DNA from: Daphnia carinata
Lineage: Eukaryota
Direction of reading: 5' to 3'
Assembly (NCBI RefSeq): GCF_022539665.2
Contig: NC_081331.1
Coordinates: 62,001 to 126,000, forward strand
Length of the DNA stretch: 64,000 nucleotides
Below are positions 55,283 to 64,000 of this stretch, in pieces. The position numbers were made by a program, and so were the translations under genes. Position 1 is the first letter of the stretch. Each line of letters opens with the position of its first letter. Under the pieces are notes generated by a model. That model searched no databases. It was not told the origin of the DNA and worked only from the letters and a program-made list of their open reading frames with translations.

Positions 55283-58200
55283 TTCCGATGATGGCACACG
55301 AAATTCATTGATTTTTAGATATCGTCCATCTTGTATTAAATTTTTTTTTTTTTTTTTTTTTTATGCCTTTAATATTTATTTTGTTTGAATGTTTTACGAT
55401 TGACCAAGGTCTATTGGCGTGTTCAACTGATTGGGAGCAGGAGGTGATGGTCGTTGGCACGTAGCAGAAGACTTTATTCTACCGGGCTGATCCAATCAAC
55501 AGCCGCGGCCATTGATTTCTCGGCCCCGCGCTTGCGTCGTCCGTCTCAGTTCAGAAACTCTTCGTCCCAGACGATTCTTATCGGCACCACGACGCATAGG
55601 GTAACAATCATTTCGACATTTATAAACATTGCTTCATCAATGTACTCATTTCTTGTCCACTTTCGAGAAGGTCCTTGTCACCTTTTATCCAATGCCGGGC
55701 ACGATGGACTTTTTGCCCGTTAAGCGAATGCAACTGTTGCTGCGTTGGTCCAGTGAGCACAAGCAAATCGAATAGACGCTGATCAGTTGCAACGAGACGA
55801 GGAAAGAACAAGGTGTGAGCCCCGACACCAGGTGTAAGGTATGTCAATAAATCGACCGTGTAGACGCTGCTGGATTATTGGATGGTGGACTTGCAGCGAT
55901 ACGCATCACTTAACCCTGCCCGTGTGTCTTGTGATGCATGAAAAAATAGGAAGAAACGTTGATGCACACGAAAAAAAAACAAGTGAAAAAGTCGGAGATG
56001 GTGCGCTGATTGAGCACGTTCTTACGCTATGCGGATAAACGGAGAGATGAGGCAAATGAAGTCGGCCATCAGTTGAGAAAGGAGACGAAACGACACGACC
56101 ACCTTCTACGAGTCTGGTACCACGACTGAATTCGGTAGAGCTCACCTGGCCAACCACCACACACTATCATCACTCTGCTCTCTGCTCTCTTTTATCCTTT
56201 TCTTTGAATCCTACCCTTTCCCCTTGCCATCTTCTTCCCTTTTCTGCCTCCCCTCTAGCGCCTTGACAGTGTGCGTGACGCAGCAGCCTCACAGACATCG
56301 ACGTCTTGGGCGAAACTATACTTTTACACAGACACTGTCTATATGTGTGTCCGCTGCCTATATGTTCCGCTTCGATGTGTGAAATGTAAGTGCTGCTGGG
56401 AACAGGGACTGATGCTCGGCCGAGTGCCCAGTCTTTGTATCTCGTATGGGAATTTGTACAGAGAGTGACACATACAGGGCACATGTGTGGAACAATGGCC
56501 GCATCCATTACGTCTCTCACGCATTTGACAGTTAATGCTGCAGATTTTTCACTTGCTTACGCGAGTCGCAAATCTGTTTGTGCAGAATGTCTTGTTTGCT
56601 CAGCTGCGATGCGATTGTTACGCGCGGAGGACGACTTGCGCCCGCTTGTTTGAAGACCAAAAGCCAACGGAACGTCAGCGCTGATCAAATGAAGATAGGT
56701 ACGCTCATTATTTTTAGAAGCGCATTAAACCAACATTTTTAAAATTTAACTCTGGCAAACGACTCGAGCGCGTAGCCACCGAAGACTGCGACATCAAAAG
56801 GATGGAACCAGAGTCGAATCTGTTCCTCTCTGCATATCTTATTGGCAGTGAAAGCGAGCTGTGTGCAGTGGCACTGAAACTCGAACCTGGACCCTTTATC
56901 AGGCCGTCTAATAATGTTAAGGTAATTCTATATAGACTTTGATGTCTCGTTGACCATTACATCTAATAAGATGGCGCAGACGAGTAAAGGCGTTTCAACT
57001 ATTTGCCTATTTTTTATCATTTTCAAATGCCACAGTTCTAATTCTTTTATCTTTGCTTGCTTTGATGCGTACGTGTGCCATGTCAACGAAATTGAAATTC
57101 AATCGATTGTGGATGTGTCGTTGTCGCTTCAGGTTCTACTTTCCCTGTAATTGCATCAAGGCTGCAGCGTCTGATGGGGGACGATCTATTGTGGAAGAGC
57201 ATGTGAGGAGTGGGTCGTTCACATCGACTTGGGAAAGAGAGAGATGATGGTGAAAGCTTCGAGAAAGACAGAAGAGATGACGCTGAGGATTCGTGTTGCG
57301 TAGTCGGGGCTGGTGCCAAAGGGGTAAGTGACATATAAATCTAGTACTCGTCAAATTTGCTTGGCACATAAACTTCCTTTGTCTTTTGAAGACATCCAAA
57401 TAGGGACATTTATGTAGTATCATAACATTATTCAGCTGTGCAGTTCTCGTTATGTAAATGGGTCTGGCGTACACAATTTGAATTATGGTCCTTTCAACGC
57501 TTAATTATGCATAAAAAGAACAGAATTCTTTGATCTTAGTCCAACTCTGAGTCGGGGTGTTGAATCGCTTCATAAGTTCCTTTTTCATAGGGTTTCAGAA
57601 ATCGATCCTGTTTTTTTTTTTTTAATGATCCTTGGGAAATCGATATCGAAGAATCGTTAAAGCCTCGTAATTAATGTGTTGCATAAATCGTCTTTATCAT
57701 CGAGTCGATTGGCTCTGTTTCAGTCATTTATCATTCAGATCCAAACAGCAGACGGTAGATTACAAGTGTAACGTTTCTAAAGATTATTGATGAAGAAGAC
57801 GTGGTAGATAAGTGAACTAAAAATCCATCGTTCATTTTTTTTTGCCATCCTTTTTTAAAACATCGTGGTGCACGTTCAGTTTGTGTCGAAAAATGGGAAA
57901 GTAAACTAAATCCTTTGGCTGCGCGATCCAGTGCAGATTTAGGGCATTTTCAAAGTATACAGCCCTCTCTAAAAATACATTTGAACGGAAAGAAAGTTTT
58001 TTTTTTTTATGGCGTCTCAATCGGAATGGACGTTTTTCCTCGTGTAAGAAATTGGCGCTATACGAGGCAGGTTGCTGTACGCTTTGGCAAGTTTAAACAC
58101 TTAAAGACGTCCGCTTTAAGCGAATTTTTCTTCCTGTTTTCTCGTCTCTCCATTAGGGATATCGTATTGACGTGGTGATACGATCTGTAGCTGCGAAATA

Positions 58201-60280
58201 TATCATGTTTGCTCGTGCTTCCTCTCCTCGTGATGCTTTGACAGCTGGCGATTATGCGAAACCATTGGCGCATGCAGCATTGCATTTTTTGTTTTCCTTT
58301 TCGACATCAAAGGGGGGTGATGATAAAACGTTTGATAGAGAATGCAGCTATGTCAAGTTATCGTTGGTTGTAGCACGCATACAAAAAAGTTGGGGGACGG
58401 CTGTCTTTCTTGCCTATAGAGACGTGTGCATGTTTGGCCGTCGTTTCCATATCGCATAAACCCATCCTTTTTTTTTAAAAGCCATTCTTCCGTCTTTTTT
58501 TAAGCGATGTTGATTCACGCTATAGCTGGAACTAGCTCGAAATGTGATATTTCGTGTTAATGCTGGCCGTCAATCAAAGGCTAGAACAACGTCGGAATAT
58601 TTGCTCAGTTCAGCGCAACGCCATTCGAGTTGTCCATCCAACCGAAATAGAAACGAGTAAACTTTGAAAGAACAAGCACCAATAACAAAAAAAAAAAAAA
58701 AAAAAAGGACGATCAATAGAGTTTCGCTCTTCGTGACCCGAATATGCCCACAACTGATGTAACTCCCCGTTCGCGCTTTTAGACTGTTTGAAATCGGTGG
58801 GGCAATATCTTGTATATAATGCTGCACAACGATGACTGGCGTATTGATTATCCGTGTTTGCCCTCGATATTCTCCATTTTTCTTCCTATCCGCTTCTCCT
58901 TCCACCGTCTTCGCCGTCCGCTCTAATACTCTTTGGCTCTCTATGGTCGGAAAATGATGGCGGCTGAATGACGCGAATAAAGAATTTTTGTTCGCGCGGT
59001 ATACCGAGTTTGGTGAAGCCGATCGAAATCACCTGTCAGGCCTCGTCTCTCTCTCGTTCGCTCATCGCTCATCCGATTTATGGCGCTTCGTTTGGCGTTG
59101 CCAAGTCGCTCCGCATTGATATCGCCATCCATTTGGCGTTCGTTCCTTTTTTTCTATAGGAAAACTATCAATAGCCTACTTCGACCGATGGCTCTTTACC
59201 TTGGCTTTTTATATTACATTGTGTTATCGCCCACTTTCAGCGCGGCTGCAATTCAACTCGTCGGCGAGACAGCTCAACCTGATTCATCAGGTCCTTGTCA
59301 AATATTTGCTTGTTTTTGTCTGCTGTTTGCAATCGAAATGGCGTGTATCAGTTAAGTCGCTTCACGAGGAAAGGCTGCCTTCTATTCCCGTACTCCTCCC
59401 CTCTCCCAAACTTCATTTTTGTTTTTCAGGAAATATTTCTCGCTTGGCCGGTGCGTGTACGTACATGGGGCCCCGTGTTTAAACATCCGCATCAGAGCGG
59501 GCGGACGGCCACACGCGGCAGCAGAAAGGGAGGAGCGAAAGAGACGGATGGACATGAAAGAATAGAAGAAAAACAAGAAGAAAGAAGAAAAGAGCGCTTT
59601 CTTGTTAGTTGAATTAAAGGCGAACGAAAGGCGGATGCCAAAAAGGCAACAGCAAAGAAATAGAAGAACGGGGGGGGGGGGGGGTAAGAATAAAGTGAGC
59701 ATATATAGACACACTCTTGCTGTGAAGTGTCTTGTATTTGCTACTCGGTAAATTCTCATCTGCTGCAATCCCCAACGTAGACACAACGGATTACTCGGTC
59801 AGTTGAAGAGGCGCGGCTAAAGGGCCGACTATATAAGGAATGAAGCCCGCACGGGCAATTGCTGGTCGATTGGATTCGTTGAAGAAGATCCTGTTCAGTG
59901 TCTGATGCCAACCAAGAAAAAAGACTAACGCGTGAAGGAGGGGAGAGAAAAGAAAAGCGATCGACCGATATAGAGGCCATAATATTAGACTTGCTATCGG
60001 CACACAAAACACTTGACGCCAAAGTGGACCGACTTGGCTCCGGCGCCCTAACATCTTGCCAACAACAAAGTGGGTGAGCATTTTTTTTTTTTTTCATTTT
60101 AAATCGTAAATGATGGACGAGATGTTTCAGATGATGGCTTGACCGCCTCACATTATCATAAGACAAGTGTGTGGCTATTAACATTATGAACGACTGACCG
60201 CACTTGGAAACTTGAAATTTTCAGGTTGATGCCATCAGTGCGTGTGTGACGGTGATTGAAATGACTTTAAATCGCCTTAC

Positions 60281-61664
60281 CGAGATCATCGATGTGTGTG
60301 GCAAGTCGAAGAGTTACAGTCACCATCAGAATGGAGAGGACGAGGAGAAAGGCGCCGACGGTGGCGATGATGGAAATGGTTCGGCGACGTCGTCGACCTT
60401 CCGGCGAGTTGTCGTCTTCATCCTCCGGTTCAGGCACCAGTTGCCCGCCTCCTTCTTTGCCCGTCGGTGACAATAGGAAAATGGCTGAAGCTTTGGACGA
60501 CGACGCCCGACGACGCTGTTCGCGATGGAAGCTGACGGCGTCCGATCCCAATGGCAGCAGAACATCGGCATCGACCGCCGCGTTGCCCATTCGATGGCTG
60601 GACGACCTTCGTGAAGTCGACACCATCGATTCATTCACTTTCAAATAGGCCGAATCGGTCAGCGACGAATTGCGACGCGACGACGAGTTGCTGATGGCCC
60701 CCATTCCGCCCGTCGTCATGGCCTGGCTGACTACGTCGACCGAGCCCCTGCTGGAACGCGGCCGTTGTGGATGTTGGTGGATGCCGTCCGTTTCGTGTTG
60801 TTGGCTGACTACCGATCCTCTCGGAGTTCCATTGATTCGTTTGCTATTGCGTCTACCGGATGTTGAAACTGTTCCTGGAATAGAATTCTTCTTATTGGCT
60901 AATGGCTGCTGTTTGTGCTGATAACGAGCCACAGCTTGGCCGGCCAGCGATTCAGCCTGGGCCGACGCTCTGCGACGATAATGTTGCTGCGATTCGGGTT
61001 TCTTGTGCTGTTTGGTCGCTTTGACGGGCAGGACGGCGGCAACCGGATGAGCGTCGTGTTCCATCATCTTGCGTTCAGAGGCGACCAACTGGGCCGAGAT
61101 GTTGGTGTAAGCGATTCGCAGATCCTCGTGACTGTAGCGTCTAGTGGCTGTCGGATGATTAGCGGCCGACGGCTGGATGTCAACGACGTCGACCATCAAA
61201 GGAGAGGACGATTGTTCACGGTTTCCTGGCTGCATTCGTCCGGCTGGTGTGACACTGCGCTTCCGTTGATCCCATATCCGTTGGGCTTCTCTCAAAAGTT
61301 CAATGGCAGCCACGGCTTCCGGCTCGCCGGACAAATAGGCGACCAAGATCTCGGGCGGTGGCTGTTGTTGCTCGTCCAGCGACAAAACTTGAACTGTTGA
61401 ACGCTGGCCATCGTCGGCCGACTGCTGACCATGATTGCACTCGACAAAAATGAGCGACGGTTGTTGGCCACCGACGTCCTCGTCGTCAGCCATTGCAAGT
61501 TGTCGCATGTCTTCGATCAATCCAACCGACTGCTCTTGTTTTTCTTCCTTCACCTCGTTATGGCCGGCCGACGACAACAACGCCTCTTTATCGAGACGCT
61601 TGACGTCATCATCCGTCATTTCGTTCGCCCTCCTTTGCGCATCCTTTACTACCAAATCTTCCAT
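60281..61664 (-). CDS. Variable exon A of single-pass membrane protein
   Basis: 461 codons from MEDLVVKD to RRRRRTISIIATVGAFLLVLSILMVTVTLRLATHIDDL G|GTAAGG (phase 1). Confidence 0.8.
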
Positions 61665-64000
61665 CCTTGACTACGTAATCAGGGTTTATCCCGTTCTTTT
61701 TTGATGAAACAAATCCTTCTTCTTGATCCCAGTCAATCAATCAATCGCCACACCATCGGAATAACAACGAAATGGAACACTGGAGGAAAACAATTCGACA
61801 TGCATAATATCTTTCCGGCGGGGGAATGTCGAAGGAAGAAAATCCAATCAAATCATTTGATCAACAGCGATGCCGCAATATCCCTTCCCTCCCTCTGAAT
61901 TGTTCTTCACTAAATGAAGTGACACGGAACACGAGCAGCCGATGATAAAGAAAAGAAAACCCAATAAAGAACAAGACCTGAGCAAGACAAGGGTCAAAAC
62001 GTCTAATAATGCGGGCCGAGACTGCGATGTGATGATGTTGTTTCGTCTGCACACGATCCTCCTTGACACGATGCCCGGTCGGGAGCAGCGGTCGGGAATT
62101 CAAACTGAAGACCACCGTCTCAGAGGAGCGACTGCCATAGTCGGTTGTTGGACCCAAATATAGTAGACGACGACGCCCGATGGGGAGGGGAATACGGAAA
62201 ACGGAGAAAAAGAGCGAAGAAGAGAAAGAAGAAGATTAAACGAAGAGGAAGAAGAAGAAGGGAGAAAAAAAAAAAAAACGTTTTCTGGCAGCCAGTCAGT
62301 GCCAATTGTAGTGGACTGCGTATACATCGGCAGCCACTACTACGTACACCGCACACGACGAGGCACACACACACACAGGCGCACTTATTTGGAGTAAGAG
62401 CTAGGCGCAGTCCATCACACCCACATGGCCTGATATCTCTTTATGCATTCACATATAGACAGCGGACGAGAACTCAGACACGGCATTTTCTTTCAGTTTC
62501 TATTGATGGAGAATCGACTCGAGTTTATCTTGCACGCTGAAAAGGGGCGACGATGATGGACCGAAAAGATTCCAAAATAGGCAGACGGTCAGCCAAAAAG
62601 ATTTATACGAACCGACAGTGACGGATCGCTTCGTACTGAAGCATCGCTCATGTCTATAGGCTTTATAGGCTGCGTATAGTAGAAAAGAAAACGAGGTAAA
62701 GTCAATATCACTTCTACATAGCCCCCAGCTTTTTTCTTTCTCTTGTCTGTTTTCATTCCAAGGCAAGAGAAACGGAATAGAGACGATGTACGGAAAACCC
62801 CGATAGTGTTTGGCTCTCTTTACGACTAAATGCATTTGCTATCTGTCCGATAGCAAATGCAAGTTTGCAATTCAAAGACCTTTGCACAGATCCAATCTTG
62901 CTAGGCATTAAGCAAGGGCGGAGTAAGTTTTTCGTAACAAACGCGCGCATGAGCTTAGCGTACCGAATAGCTCGGCAGGATGCGTGACATGCAGCAGTTC
63001 TGCGGTGAATATAAATTGCCTTGTGTGCGTGAATCATTTTTTGCGTTATGCTGCGACGTTGCTTTATATGCGGCAATTCGTTTGGGCGGACGTCGCTTCG
63101 TGCATGTTTGTAATCAAGTGTCGATGATATGTCCTTAACATTAAAATGGAAAGACACGTGATGTATTGCCTTCGCCTAGGAGGCACGCGACGTTGCCTCA
63201 GTCGACATGTATTGCACGCAAACGAAAAATGTATACACACAAGTGCAGCGCGAATATCTACGTGTTCTAACAAACGTCGGCACTGCCATCATTTGATATT
63301 CGTGTTCCTTCCGCTTCTGCCCTGTGCCGCTGAATAATGCAATACATCCCTATATCTATATACTTCCGCTTCATGTGGCACGTCGCCTATCGTTGCTTCA
63401 CGTGGCTCTTTGTTCTCGTATATAGCGCAGCTACAACAAAAATATGGTTTGGCATAAAGATTTTTATTGTGCGATAGAAGAGTTGTTGTTTGACGATCCT
63501 CCCATACACTCGCTGATGTTTGGCTTTCCGATCTGTCTACGTTCAAAAACCAGCCGCCGCATTTTGGACGAAGCCGTTTGATTGTGCTATTTCAGTTTGC
63601 GTCTGACACGACAACATCACATCAAGACGCCTCGTCATATCATCACCCGACGCCGAGTGACGCGCATTCACGACTGATACCGATCTGACAAATGTACAAC
63701 ATCATGTAAAACCCCAATTATTCGCAGTGCAAAGTCTATGTGTTGGCCGTGTCATTTGTCCAACAAATCATTTGCTTTATTGCGATATTGACGACAGGTT
63801 CAAAACGTGACCTAGAAAGCTCAGTGGCCGTTCGGTGCAAACGCTTTCAACAAGAGCTCGTCAACGTGAAATGTGATGGTTGTGCAGTGCGAAAAAAATG
63901 CGATTTATCCATCGAGCCTTGTGTTGGTTCGTGAAGGTCGCTGTTGTAACGCATTGTGGCATAAAACGGACAATCTTCGAGGTCTTTTACAAATCTTGTG

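Overview
This is eukaryotic genomic DNA with short (mostly ~55-90 nt) GT-AG introns. It looks arthropod and Daphnia-like, which is an inference from intron size, composition and gene style. From left to right it contains: the 3' end of a tandem 37-aa ankyrin-repeat gene; a possible tiny secreted-peptide gene; a long regulatory region containing huckebein (FRPW motif plus 3 C2H2 fingers); zwilch (-); a BET bromodomain gene fs(1)h/BRD4 (+) with short and long isoform architecture; a Ctr1 copper transporter (-); and ZGPAT (-), which carries an apparent 1-nt frameshift. The most notable feature spans 45.3-61.7 kb on the minus strand. Three large exons with unrelated-looking N-terminal regions each encode a disordered, RRxS-rich tail, a basic stretch, one TM helix and 'IDD(L)/IDEA'. 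All three end in a phase-1 GT donor, and a single downstream phase-1 exon encodes a glycosylation-rich ectodomain (VRKENE...). This looks like a variable-exon/constant-exon cassette producing a family of type II membrane proteins. All gene models were read by eye and have no transcript evidence.
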